DNA of 64,000 nt, taken from positions 16,793 to 80,792 of IMG/VR virus record IMGVR_UViG_3300028883_000044. One strand, 5' to 3'. Below are positions 20,447 through 29,128 of this stretch, piece by piece. The translations under genes and the position numbers were made by a program. The notes beneath the pieces were generated by a model. The model saw nothing but the letters and a program-made list of their open reading frames with translations, made no database searches and had not been told where the DNA came from. The stretch is from a virus. Positions within the stretch are counted from its first letter, which is position 1, and every line of letters begins with the position of its first letter.

Positions 20447-20625
20447 CCACAGCTAAGACAAGTTAAACATCTACCATTTCTTAAAGTTATAGCACCACAA
20501 ATAGGGCAGTGGATATAAGCTTTATCATCTGACTCTAAAGTTTTTTGTTCAATACTCTTAGAATTACTTCCAAAAGTTTCTAGTTTTTTTTGATTTTCTA
20601 TTAGTAATTCGTTATTATTTAACAT
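20425..20625 (-). CDS. Small Cys-rich Zn-ribbon protein resembling class II RNR C-terminal tail
   Basis: CPICG...GRCLTCLSCGWSTC; RBS AAGGAGA before ATG 20625. Confidence 0.6.
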   Translation of the reverse strand: MLNNNELLIENQKKLETFGSNSKSIEQKTLESDDKAYIHCPICGAITLRNGRCLTCLSCGWSTCSI

Positions 20626-20839
20626 TTTTTCTCCTTTTTCTTTTACTATCATCTTTAATATTATACCACAAATCTGTAGTATCTTGTAATATTTTATGTA
20701 ATTCTTCTTTATTTTGTATCTTTTTAAAACATTCTTTATGGAAAAAGATATTCCGATAAGGAATATCTATACCATACATATAATAATCGTCTGCTAAAAA
20801 TATTGGTTTACCACAATAAGGGCATCTATTTTTTCTCAA
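20615..20839 (-). CDS. Small Zn-finger protein
   Basis: CPYCG...FHKEC. Confidence 0.6.
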   Translation of the reverse strand: MRKNRCPYCGKPIFLADDYYMYGIDIPYRNIFFHKECFKKIQNKEELHKILQDTTDLWYNIKDDSKRKRRKNVK

Positions 20840-21057
20840 TAGCGTTCTCCACTTCTGTTACCTTTAGCATATGAGAATAATCTTTTCATAAAGTTTTCAG
20901 ATAACAAACCTTTACTACCTGTCATAAGAAAATTAAGAAGCCTATTCAAATCACTTCTCGCCATAGGTACATAAATAATATCGTGTTCCTCTACATGCTT
21001 ATTTCTCTCAACAATTGTTTTAAATTTTTTACCACAATAGTAACATTTATAATCCAT
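20836..21057 (-). CDS. C2H2-type Zn-finger protein
   Basis: YKCYYCGKKF...RNKHVEEH. Confidence 0.65.
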   Translation of the reverse strand: MDYKCYYCGKKFKTIVERNKHVEEHDIIYVPMARSDLNRLLNFLMTGSKGLLSENFMKRLFSYAKGNRSGERY

Positions 21058-21580
21058 TTCTTACCATCCTTCCCAAAGCTTCGTGTAATGAATAGGGTAC
21101 ATATTTATTATTTGTATCTACTCCAACATCTAAACGGTTATGCCTAGATGTTGATTTCCCATGAGTATGCCCATGAAAATGTAAATGTCCTCTAAAAGAA
21201 CCAGCCCAACTTTCTAAGGGAAAATGCGACAACACAATATTAATACCCGTTACTTTTATTTTATATATTGGTTCTAAAAATTCAATTTTATCTTTTAGTA
21301 ATTTATGTTTTATAAAATGCTTTGCCCAATAGTCATGTTGTAAAGGTGAATAAATAAAATAAATAAAACCATTTAATTCATTAATAATATTATAAACCAT
21401 CTTCCAATTACCAAATGAAAAATCCCCTAATTGATATACTATATCTTTTTCACTCACAACACTATTCCAAGAATTGATTAATGCAGTATTCATTTCTTGT
21501 TTAGAACTAAAATCACGATTACAATAATTTATAATTTTAGTGTGATTAAAGTGTTGGTCTGCTGTAAAAAAATATTCCAT
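21047..21580 (-). CDS. Calcineurin-like metallophosphoesterase
   Basis: ADQHFNH, LGDF, HD, SHFP, HGHTHG; ATG 21580 overlaps upstream stop. Confidence 0.9.
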   Translation of the reverse strand: MEYFFTADQHFNHTKIINYCNRDFSSKQEMNTALINSWNSVVSEKDIVYQLGDFSFGNWKMVYNIINELNGFIYFIYSPLQHDYWAKHFIKHKLLKDKIEFLEPIYKIKVTGINIVLSHFPLESWAGSFRGHLHFHGHTHGKSTSRHNRLDVGVDTNNKYVPYSLHEALGRMVRNGL

Positions 21581-22404
21581 TATATGTCTACCTCCAAACC
21601 TATGGTTTCTTTTATTTTTTCGCAATAATCCTTGTTCAATTCATAGCCAATAAAATCTCTATTGGTTTCTTTACAAACTACACCAACAGTACCTGAACCT
21701 GCAAAGGGGTCTAACACTAAGTCTCCTTCATCAGTATAAGTCATAATAAAAAATTCAACTAACTTCTTAGGGAAAGTAGCTGGGTGCCACTTATTTGGAC
21801 TATAAGCATTTATAATATTATCCACATGAATTACATTTGATGGGTAAGCTTTTGTTTTCCCTTTAAAGTTTTCAAATCTAGGTTGTATCATACCACTATT
21901 ATTATTTGATGCACCTGAATATTTATTTTTAATTCTTCTATAAGTAGCTTCTTTCAAAGGTACCATAACCCTTTCGGGGTGCATTTTAATTCTATGATAC
22001 TTTGCAAAATGATAAATAGGTTCCCAGCCATTTTTAAACCTAGTATAAGGTTTGCCCGGAAAACCATTCTTAGTCCAAACCAAAGTATCTACCTCATTCA
22101 AATCAGTTTCAGTACATAATCTATAAACTAATTCTTTTACATAAGTGCTTTTGTATTTTGTCTTTTTAACTGTATGCTCTTTTATATTCAAAAAGAAAGA
22201 ACCTGTAGGTTTTAAAACTCTACTTATCTCTCTAGCAATAGGTAGAAACCAAGATACATATTCAGTAGAATCTATACCACCATAAGTATCCTTTCTCTGT
22301 TGAGCATAAGGTGGTGATGTAAATACCATATCAATAGTATTATCCTCTAAACTTTCCAAGCCTTTTAAACAATCGATATTATAAATCATCTGTCTCCTTC
22401 CCAA
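21580..22404 (-). CDS. DNA methyltransferase, beta class (N4-C/N6-A; SPPY suggests m4C)
   Basis: TSPPY, HPATFP, LDPFAGSGT. Confidence 0.9.
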   Translation of the reverse strand: MGRRQMIYNIDCLKGLESLEDNTIDMVFTSPPYAQQRKDTYGGIDSTEYVSWFLPIAREISRVLKPTGSFFLNIKEHTVKKTKYKSTYVKELVYRLCTETDLNEVDTLVWTKNGFPGKPYTRFKNGWEPIYHFAKYHRIKMHPERVMVPLKEATYRRIKNKYSGASNNNSGMIQPRFENFKGKTKAYPSNVIHVDNIINAYSPNKWHPATFPKKLVEFFIMTYTDEGDLVLDPFAGSGTVGVVCKETNRDFIGYELNKDYCEKIKETIGLEVDI

Positions 22405-22667
22405 AAAAATCCTTCTATATGGTCACTACTAAAAACATCATCTATATCGCATTCTTCTGCAACAATGTCTATAAGAGTCTGTAACTCATATAAATCTAAA
22501 GGATTAATTGTATTTTTAAATTCCATGTTATCATTTATAAGTTGAGTTAATAAATCTAAATTATTAATAATAGCACTAGCTAAAAATATTCTTTCGTCAT
22601 CTTGACTTTCTTCTAACTGGTTTACAATTTCTAAAAGCGTCGCTCTTAGCATATCATATGTGTTCAT
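22386..22667 (-). CDS. Hypothetical acidic protein
   Basis: ORF with RBS; first gene of leftward operon. Confidence 0.6.
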   Translation of the reverse strand: MNTYDMLRATLLEIVNQLEESQDDERIFLASAIINNLDLLTQLINDNMEFKNTINPLDLYELQTLIDIVAEECDIDDVFSSDHIEGFFWEGDR

Positions 22668-22805
22668 TTTTGCCTACTCCTTTTATTTTTTATTAAAGAT
22701 AATCCATAATAATTTGTCATAACTTTTTAGTTGCATCAGCATAAGCTTCAAATTTAAAATACACTTCTGCTTTCGTTATATAAATGTGCATCGTAATTTT
22801 ATAAT

Positions 22806-22834
22806 ATTATACCACTGCTTTTTATTATTGTCAA
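22806..22834 (-). promoter_or_regulatory. Consensus sigma70 promoter, leftward
   Basis: TTGACA-17 nt-TATAAT with TG extension. Confidence 0.85.
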
Positions 22835-22918
22835 ATACCAATTTTTAAATTAATCTTACATTTTTCTTAAAATGTGGTATAATTAATTATAGATAGAATA
22901 AATAAAAAAAATAAATAC

Positions 22919-22947
22919 TTGACATTTAAAAATAAATATGGTATAAT
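22919..22947 (+). promoter_or_regulatory. Consensus sigma70 promoter, rightward (second weaker one at 22855-22883)
   Basis: TTGACA-17 nt-TATAAT with TG extension. Confidence 0.85.
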
Positions 22948-23127
22948 TGTGTCGCCAAATACTGCGAAATAAAAACAATCTAATTAAAAAACGAATTAAA
23001 AAAAAATTAGATAAAAAAAATTAAATAAAAAAAACAATTAAATATTAAAATAAAAATAAATAAAAACAAAGTATTTAACCTTGTATTTATATTATAGCAC
23101 ACTAATAAAAAAATTGAAAGGAGTTTT

Positions 23128-25011
23128 ATGAATTTATTTAAAATCGAAACACTTAGTGATATTGCTAATTTTCAAAAAGATTTATCTACTACGGAATATA
23201 TTATTTTAGATATTGAAACTAACGGATTAGATTGCTTTTCTAATGATTTGCTTTTAATACAATTAAAATTAAATGATAATTATTATTATGTTGAATATCA
23301 ATTTGCTGATAAAAAATTGGTTTATTATCTATTAGATTTAATTGATGCTTCTGGTAAAAAGGTTATCGGATTTAATATTAAATTTGATATGAAATTTATA
23401 TTAAGTAAATTAAATATTCTGCTAAGGAATGTTATTTGTATTATGTATACAGAAGTTATTTTAGAAAATGGTATAGGTAAAAGATTTTATTCACTACCTG
23501 AAATTGTTTCTAAGTATCTTGACATAGAAATGTCAAAGGATGTTAGAAATGATTTTATAGATTTTCCTAAAGAATCTCATATAAGTCAGCAAATGATTGA
23601 ATATGGTTTAACAGATGTTTCTTATTTAGATGAAATATTTAAAAAGCAATCTGAATTTATCCATAAAGATAGATTAGAAGAAGTATTAGATTTAGAAATG
23701 AAACTACTACCTGTAGTTTGTAGTATGGAAAATGAAGGTATTTCTTTAAATAAAGATTTATGGTCAGAGTTAGCTAATAATGCTAAAAAAGAATATGCTT
23801 CTTTAGAGAAAAAAATAAAGGAAAATATTTTATTATCTTATATAGATACATTGGATAAGGATTTATCTATAACAGAAATTTGTGATAATCTTAAAATAAG
23901 AATAACTACTAAACGAGAAAAAACAGCTTTAGATTTAGTAAAAGATTATGATAATAAAAAAGAAATTGTATTAGAAAAATTTAATTTAAATTCTAATGCT
24001 CAATTAAAAAATTTATTAAATCTTGTAGGAGTACCTGTAAAGGATGTATCTGAAAAAACATTAAAGAAACTTATAAATCAATTTAGTTTTCTTGAAGATA
24101 TTATTTCTTACAAGGATAAAGCAAAAGCTATATCATCTTTTGGTGAAGGTTTCTTTGATTATATTCACCCAAAGACTGGAAAGATTCATGCTACAGCTAA
24201 TCAACTAATGGCTCAAACAGGAAGATTTTCTTATAGTAATCCTAACCTTCAACAGATAAAACATGATAGTAAATATCGTGAAGCTTTTTATGTAGAAGAT
24301 GGTTATAAGATAATCGCCGCAGATTATTCTCAACAAGAATTGAGATTGTTTGCCTCACTAACTAGAGAGCCAAAACTTATTGAAGCTTTTGTTAAAGGTA
24401 TTGATCCACATTCTATGACAGCTTCTATTGTCTTTGAAAAGGATATTGCTGAAATAACTCCAGATGAACGTTCTATAGGAAAGGCAGTTAATTTTGCTAT
24501 TATCTATGGTACAACATCTATGGGAATGGCATATAATTTTTCTATCCCTTTGAAAGATGCTGAGAAATTTTTAAATAAATTTTGGTTAGGTTATAACATA
24601 GCAGGATATTTTGTTACAGAAGTTAAGAATAAAATTATTCAAAATTATTATACTAGAACTCCAATAGGAAGAATAAGAAGATTTGAACAACAAGTTATAT
24701 TTAAAGATAGAGGAGATTATTATAGACATACAGAAGCAGTTAAACGAAAAGGTTTTAATACAATAGTCCAAGGATGTGGTGCAGATATTGTAAAGTATGC
24801 TCTAGTAAATATGTTTAATAACAATCCTTTTGGAGACAAGTTTAAAATTATACTTACAGTACATGATGAAATTTTGGTAAAAGTTTCTGATGATATTGTA
24901 GAACCCGCTAAAGATTTTGTGATTAAAATTATGGAAGATGTGGAACAAATATTTTTAGGAGAAATTCCAGCAAAGGTAGATGGTAAAGTTTCTACATACT
25001 GGAAACATTAA
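23128..25011 (+). CDS. polA: DNA polymerase family A (3'-5' exonuclease + polymerase, no 5' nuclease)
   Basis: DIETNG, TGRFSYSNPNLQQI, ADYSQQELR, KAVNFAIIYG, TVHDEI. Confidence 0.95.
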   Translation: MNLFKIETLSDIANFQKDLSTTEYIILDIETNGLDCFSNDLLLIQLKLNDNYYYVEYQFADKKLVYYLLDLIDASGKKVIGFNIKFDMKFILSKLNILLRNVICIMYTEVILENGIGKRFYSLPEIVSKYLDIEMSKDVRNDFIDFPKESHISQQMIEYGLTDVSYLDEIFKKQSEFIHKDRLEEVLDLEMKLLPVVCSMENEGISLNKDLWSELANNAKKEYASLEKKIKENILLSYIDTLDKDLSITEICDNLKIRITTKREKTALDLVKDYDNKKEIVLEKFNLNSNAQLKNLLNLVGVPVKDVSEKTLKKLINQFSFLEDIISYKDKAKAISSFGEGFFDYIHPKTGKIHATANQLMAQTGRFSYSNPNLQQIKHDSKYREAFYVEDGYKIIAADYSQQELRLFASLTREPKLIEAFVKGIDPHSMTASIVFEKDIAEITPDERSIGKAVNFAIIYGTTSMGMAYNFSIPLKDAEKFLNKFWLGYNIAGYFVTEVKNKIIQNYYTRTPIGRIRRFEQQVIFKDRGDYYRHTEAVKRKGFNTIVQGCGADIVKYALVNMFNNNPFGDKFKIILTVHDEILVKVSDDIVEPAKDFVIKIMEDVEQIFLGEIPAKVDGKVSTYWKH

Positions 25012-25021
25012 AGGAGGAAAA

Positions 25022-25363
25022 ATGGAAGATGGAATACTTGAACTATTGGCTATATTAAAAAGCATTGTTGAGAATGAATTTCCTAAGTTGTGGGAGATTT
25101 GCCAAATGCAAATACAATCAGAAATAAATGTCTGTCTCGGGTGGATAGGTTTTCTTGTTTTAGTTATTTTATTGTTAAGTGTGGTATTTGACCTCGATAA
25201 TAAACTGTGGGAGACAGGCGTGGTAGCCTTTTTATGTGCATTAATTATATTTATTTCATTAATAGTTTTACCATTTTTATTTGAAAAGTATATACTTTTA
25301 TCTAGTAACCCTGAATACTATGCTTTATTAAGATTATCTGGTATATTAGGTTTGGGGCAATAA
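25022..25363 (+). CDS. Membrane protein
   Basis: Two TM-like segments; AGGAGG before ATG 25022. Confidence 0.6.
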   Translation: MEDGILELLAILKSIVENEFPKLWEICQMQIQSEINVCLGWIGFLVLVILLLSVVFDLDNKLWETGVVAFLCALIIFISLIVLPFLFEKYILLSSNPEYYALLRLSGILGLGQ

Positions 25364-25366
25364 CTT

Positions 25367-26353
25367 ATGGAACAATTTAAAAAATTTATGCAATCAGATT
25401 TTGATGAATTAATTACAGATAAAGTAGAGGATGTAGAAGTAATCCCAACAGGTTCGTATAGTTTAGACATATCTATAGGACCGGGAGGTATTCCTAAAGG
25501 TAAATTTTCTCTTGTATATGGACCCGAATCTAGTGCAAAAACAACACTATCATTAGGGATATGTAGAGAAGCTCTGAAGCAAGGTGATAGTGTTCTGTTT
25601 ATAGATGTTGAGAATCAGCTTGATTTAAAATATTCTAAAGATATTATAGGGGCAAGTTTTGATGAGAATAAATTTATTTTAGTACAACCAGAATTAGCTG
25701 AGGACGCTTTTAAAATAGCTGAACGTGGTATTGAATCGGGAGAATTTGGTTTGGTAGTAATGGATTCTATCGCCGCCCTAGCACCTGAGAAGGAAAAGAA
25801 AGATGATTTTGAGGACGCAAATGTTGGACTTATTTCGAGAATGCTTGGGAAATTTTTTAGGCGACAGGCTTATCCAGTCAGAAAGAACAATGTCGCTGTG
25901 CTATTTACAAATCAAGTAAGAGATACTATTGGAAGTTATGTTTCAACATACAGTGTGCCCGGAGGACATGCACTTAAACATTATTGTTCTTTGATTGTAA
26001 TGTTATCTAAAGGAGTTAAGATTGAAGTAAAGAAAAATATTATAGGATTGAATGTAAAATTTAGTGTAAAGAAAAATAAGATAGGTGGTATACCTTTTGC
26101 AGGTTTTACAATTCCAGTAATGTTTGGAATGGGAGTAGATAGTTATCTCGACCTCTTGACATTTGCTTCACAATTAGATATAATATCTCGTAGAGGTTCA
26201 TTCTATTATTATGGTGATGCTAAGTTAGGTCAGGGAAGTTTTGATGCCAGTAAAACACTTATGGAAAATAAAGAAATACTTGACGAAATACTAAAAGAGT
26301 GTTATAATATGGTAAATCCTGAGTTAGCTATGAGGAAAGAAAACGAAGAATAA
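25367..26353 (+). CDS. recA: RecA/UvsX recombinase
   Basis: IPTGSYSLD, GPESSAKTT, DSIAAL, FTNQVR, PGGHALKHY, VKKNK. Confidence 0.95.
   Translation: MEQFKKFMQSDFDELITDKVEDVEVIPTGSYSLDISIGPGGIPKGKFSLVYGPESSAKTTLSLGICREALKQGDSVLFIDVENQLDLKYSKDIIGASFDENKFILVQPELAEDAFKIAERGIESGEFGLVVMDSIAALAPEKEKKDDFEDANVGLISRMLGKFFRRQAYPVRKNNVAVLFTNQVRDTIGSYVSTYSVPGGHALKHYCSLIVMLSKGVKIEVKKNIIGLNVKFSVKKNKIGGIPFAGFTIPVMFGMGVDSYLDLLTFASQLDIISRRGSFYYYGDAKLGQGSFDASKTLMENKEILDEILKECYNMVNPELAMRKENEE
26280..26308 (+). promoter_or_regulatory. Internal sigma70 promoter
   Basis: TTGACG-17-TATAAT. Confidence 0.65.
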
Positions 26354-26374
26354 TTTTAAGAAAGGAGAAATTTT

Positions 26375-26704
26375 ATGGATAGAAGTTTAGGTATGGAAAG
26401 GTTATACTCATTAGGTAATTATAAAAATATTAAATTTTCTAGCTACATTAATGACTTACCAGAAGATATAATGTTAGAACCCTCTGTTGTAGGAAAGCTA
26501 AGATTTATGCAGATGTTAGAAATCGAACTCTCATATAGAAAATATATACAGCTTTCAAAAGAAGTTTTTAATAAACTAGAGGAAGGTGAAATAATTGAAA
26601 AGCTAGAAGAAGTTATGGATAGTAAATTATCTGAATTAAAAAGTTTATTAGCTAAAGTAGAACCACCAGTAGAGTTAAAAGCAGATGTAACTTTGGAGGA
26701 ATAA
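26375..26704 (+). CDS. Hypothetical protein
   Basis: ORF with AAGGAGA RBS. Confidence 0.65.
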   Translation: MDRSLGMERLYSLGNYKNIKFSSYINDLPEDIMLEPSVVGKLRFMQMLEIELSYRKYIQLSKEVFNKLEEGEIIEKLEEVMDSKLSELKSLLAKVEPPVELKADVTLEE

Positions 26705-26841
26705 ATGATAGACTCTAGCAGTCTGGTGGTACCATTCGAAGTTTTTATAGCAGTTATTTTAGGTAGTATTATTAATTTTTTATTTATTGTATTACTACGA
26801 TACTTAGTCAAAAATAATAAAATATAAGGAGATAAAAAAAT

Positions 26842-27654
26842 ATGTTTGCCGATACTGGATTAAAAGATGGTGATAAAGCTCGACCGAAAATTCATTATTT
26901 ACATACGACACCCGGACATCATATTATCCGAATTCTTTCCGAAAAAGCACATAGAGTTGATATGCACTGGGTAAATGGAACTTCTGTACAATGCTTGGGA
27001 GAGGAGTGTCCACTGTGTGAAAATAATAAAATTATTAGAACAGAAAATCCTGATACCTTTAGAGAAATTTCTGGATATATTCCTTACAGAAAAACTTTTT
27101 ATATAAACATCTATGATAGAACACCTGTGAAAATTTGCCCTAATTGTGGGTATGAAAATACTAAAGTTGAGGGTGGGGCTTTTCCAGCGGTATGTGATAA
27201 ATGTCAAACACTTATTGCTAGTATAGAAGCACATCAATCAAATAGTATAAAGGTTTTAGTTAAAGGTGTTTCTGTGTTTGACCAGTTTAATGCTTTATAT
27301 GCTTCTGTATTAGATGAATCTGGAGAACCCGTTTCTCTAAATAAATACGATATTGATTTATATGTACAAGGTGTAGGAAGGAATACTAAAATTACTGCAA
27401 TACCTAGAACGGATAAAATGGATGTAATTGAATATAAAGAAGAAGATTTATATGATTTAGAAAACATACCATTGAAACTTTCTGCGGATGAAATTTTACA
27501 GTTACAGAGAAAAGTTTCTTTGCAAGATATTTTCGCCGCTCGTAGGGCTAAAGAAACTTCGGATGCAGTAATTACAGATGTAGGAGAACAATTAGAGCTT
27601 ATACCGAAAGATGTTAAAGAAGAACTTAATGATAGAATAAATAAATTCTTTTAA
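26842..27654 (+). CDS. Single-stranded DNA-binding protein (T4 gp32-like) with Zn motifs
   Basis: HIIRIL, HW..C...CPLC, FYINIYDR, YDIDL...G.G..TK; located beside recA. Confidence 0.65.
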   Translation: MFADTGLKDGDKARPKIHYLHTTPGHHIIRILSEKAHRVDMHWVNGTSVQCLGEECPLCENNKIIRTENPDTFREISGYIPYRKTFYINIYDRTPVKICPNCGYENTKVEGGAFPAVCDKCQTLIASIEAHQSNSIKVLVKGVSVFDQFNALYASVLDESGEPVSLNKYDIDLYVQGVGRNTKITAIPRTDKMDVIEYKEEDLYDLENIPLKLSADEILQLQRKVSLQDIFAARRAKETSDAVITDVGEQLELIPKDVKEELNDRINKFF

Positions 27655-27661
27655 AGTTAAA

Positions 27662-27730
27662 TGGGTAGTAGAGTTAAGTAAACCGATTTCCTACGGGTTT
27701 TTATTGTGGGTTCAAATCCCACCTACCCAT
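27662..27730 (+). tRNA. Degenerate/pseudo tRNA (anticodon unresolved)
   Basis: Perfect acceptor stem TGGGTAG/CTACCCA and T arm GTGGG-TTCAAAT-CCCAC; short D arm; poorly paired anticodon arm. Confidence 0.55.
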
Positions 27731-27756
27731 TTTATAAAATAAATAAAAGGAGGAAA

Positions 27757-28437
27757 ATGAATACAAAATATATACTACATTTATCCGGAGGAAAAGATTC
27801 TACAGCTTTACTAATCTACATATTAGAAAATAATTTGCCTTTGGATGAGATCATATTTTGCGATACAACCAAAGAATTTCCTGATATGTATAACCATTTG
27901 GATCAAATTGAAAAATCTTTGAATGTTTCAATAACAAGACTCAAAGAAAAATCATTTGATTATTGGTTTTATCAGCATAAAAAAACTAAGGGGAAGAATA
28001 AAGGAGAGTACGGATATGGATGGCCGTTCATGGGATTGCGGTGGTGTACAAAACAGTTAAAACAATGGGTTGCAAATAAATATATAAAATCTTTAGATGT
28101 TCCAAATATTCAATATCTTGGGATAGCTTATAATGAAAAACAAAGAGCTGAAAAATTTATTAAATTAAACTATTCTTTTCCCCTAATAACTGGGAAAATA
28201 TCCGAAGATGAATGTCTTAGAAAGGCATATTCATATGGGTTTACTTGGAATGGGTTATATGAAAAAATTCCAAGAGTTGGTTGTTATTTATGTCCATTAA
28301 GAAAATTATCAGGACTAGAAATAATCTACAATGAATTTCCTGAATTGTGGGAAGATATAAGGTTTCTGGATAGCAAGACATCCAGACCATTTAAATTAGG
28401 GTATACTTTGCAGGAAATTGAAAAGAAATTTTCTTAA
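27757..28437 (+). CDS. PAPS reductase family (PP-loop) protein
   Basis: SGGKDS, DT..EFP, RWCT..LK, RVGCYLCP; AGGAGG before ATG 27757. Confidence 0.85.
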   Translation: MNTKYILHLSGGKDSTALLIYILENNLPLDEIIFCDTTKEFPDMYNHLDQIEKSLNVSITRLKEKSFDYWFYQHKKTKGKNKGEYGYGWPFMGLRWCTKQLKQWVANKYIKSLDVPNIQYLGIAYNEKQRAEKFIKLNYSFPLITGKISEDECLRKAYSYGFTWNGLYEKIPRVGCYLCPLRKLSGLEIIYNEFPELWEDIRFLDSKTSRPFKLGYTLQEIEKKFS

Positions 28438-28443
28438 ATACTC

Positions 28444-28472
28444 TTGTATATTTGTAAATAGTATGGTATATT
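28444..28472 (+). promoter_or_regulatory. Probable sigma70 promoter
   Basis: TTGTAT-17-TATATT with TG extension. Confidence 0.5.
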
Positions 28473-28499
28473 TTATAAAATAAATGAAAGGAGGAAAAA

Positions 28500-28772
28500 A
28501 TGGACAAACCAAAAATAACAGACTTTATTCCAGAGTTGGTTGAAGCCTTAGAGAAAGAACTCACTGAAGCTGAAAAGAGGTGGGGTGATACTTGGCTAAA
28601 TAGAACTAGAAAAGGTCAAGAAGGAAGAGACGAAAAAAGATTTCAAGACTACTTTGACCAGTTTAAATATAATGGAATACCAGTACCTTGGTTATCAATT
28701 ATAGGCAATTCTTTTATTTGTTGGATAAGAGATAATCACCCAGAATATTTTCCAGATTATAAAGAGGATTAG
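28500..28772 (+). CDS. Hypothetical protein, weak resemblance to dATP/dGTP diphosphohydrolase-like helical domain
   Basis: AEKRWGDTW pattern; strong RBS. Confidence 0.4.
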   Translation: MDKPKITDFIPELVEALEKELTEAEKRWGDTWLNRTRKGQEGRDEKRFQDYFDQFKYNGIPVPWLSIIGNSFICWIRDNHPEYFPDYKED

Positions 28773-29128
28773 TGGATAATTTAAATAAAGGTTTGATAGA
28801 TGTTTATTTAGAAAAATTAAATAATTCAGAAGGTAGTTATGGTAAAATATTAGCTCAATTTTATTGGGAATTATTTAATATAAGACCCAATAGAAATGAC
28901 ATTGTTAGATTCAATCAGTTAGTTAAATTATATGGTGCTAAACGAGTGATATTTGTTTTACAAAGTTTATATGGTCAGGATAATTTAAATACAGATAATC
29001 TATACGGACTTATTCGATATAAATGTAGTAGAGATTTATTTGCTAAAGCTAATACAGTTGTATCAGAATCATTGATGTCAGATATACAAAAAGTTAAAGA
29101 ACAATTATACGGAGGTGCTGATGGATAA
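28772..29128 (+). CDS. Hypothetical protein (possible helicase loader)
   Basis: Coupled upstream of DnaB; function from synteny only. Confidence 0.45.
   Translation: MDNLNKGLIDVYLEKLNNSEGSYGKILAQFYWELFNIRPNRNDIVRFNQLVKLYGAKRVIFVLQSLYGQDNLNTDNLYGLIRYKCSRDLFAKANTVVSESLMSDIQKVKEQLYGGADG

Larger units (their letters stand above)
27729..28498 (+). repeat. 29-bp direct repeats (27729-27757 and 28470-28498) flanking PAPS-reductase-like gene
   Basis: ATTTTATAAAATAAAT(A/G)AAAGGAGGAAAA, one mismatch. Confidence 0.7.

Noticed and set aside
27662-27730. Amber suppressor tRNA or TAG recoding
   Set aside because: The anticodon arm is malformed, and conserved genes are full-length in the standard code, several ending at TAG (e.g. 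dnaB)
27757-28437. Complete Dnd phosphorothioation system or sulfate-assimilation CysH
   Set aside because: No dndA/B/D/E or ssp genes and no cys context; only a family-level call is supportable
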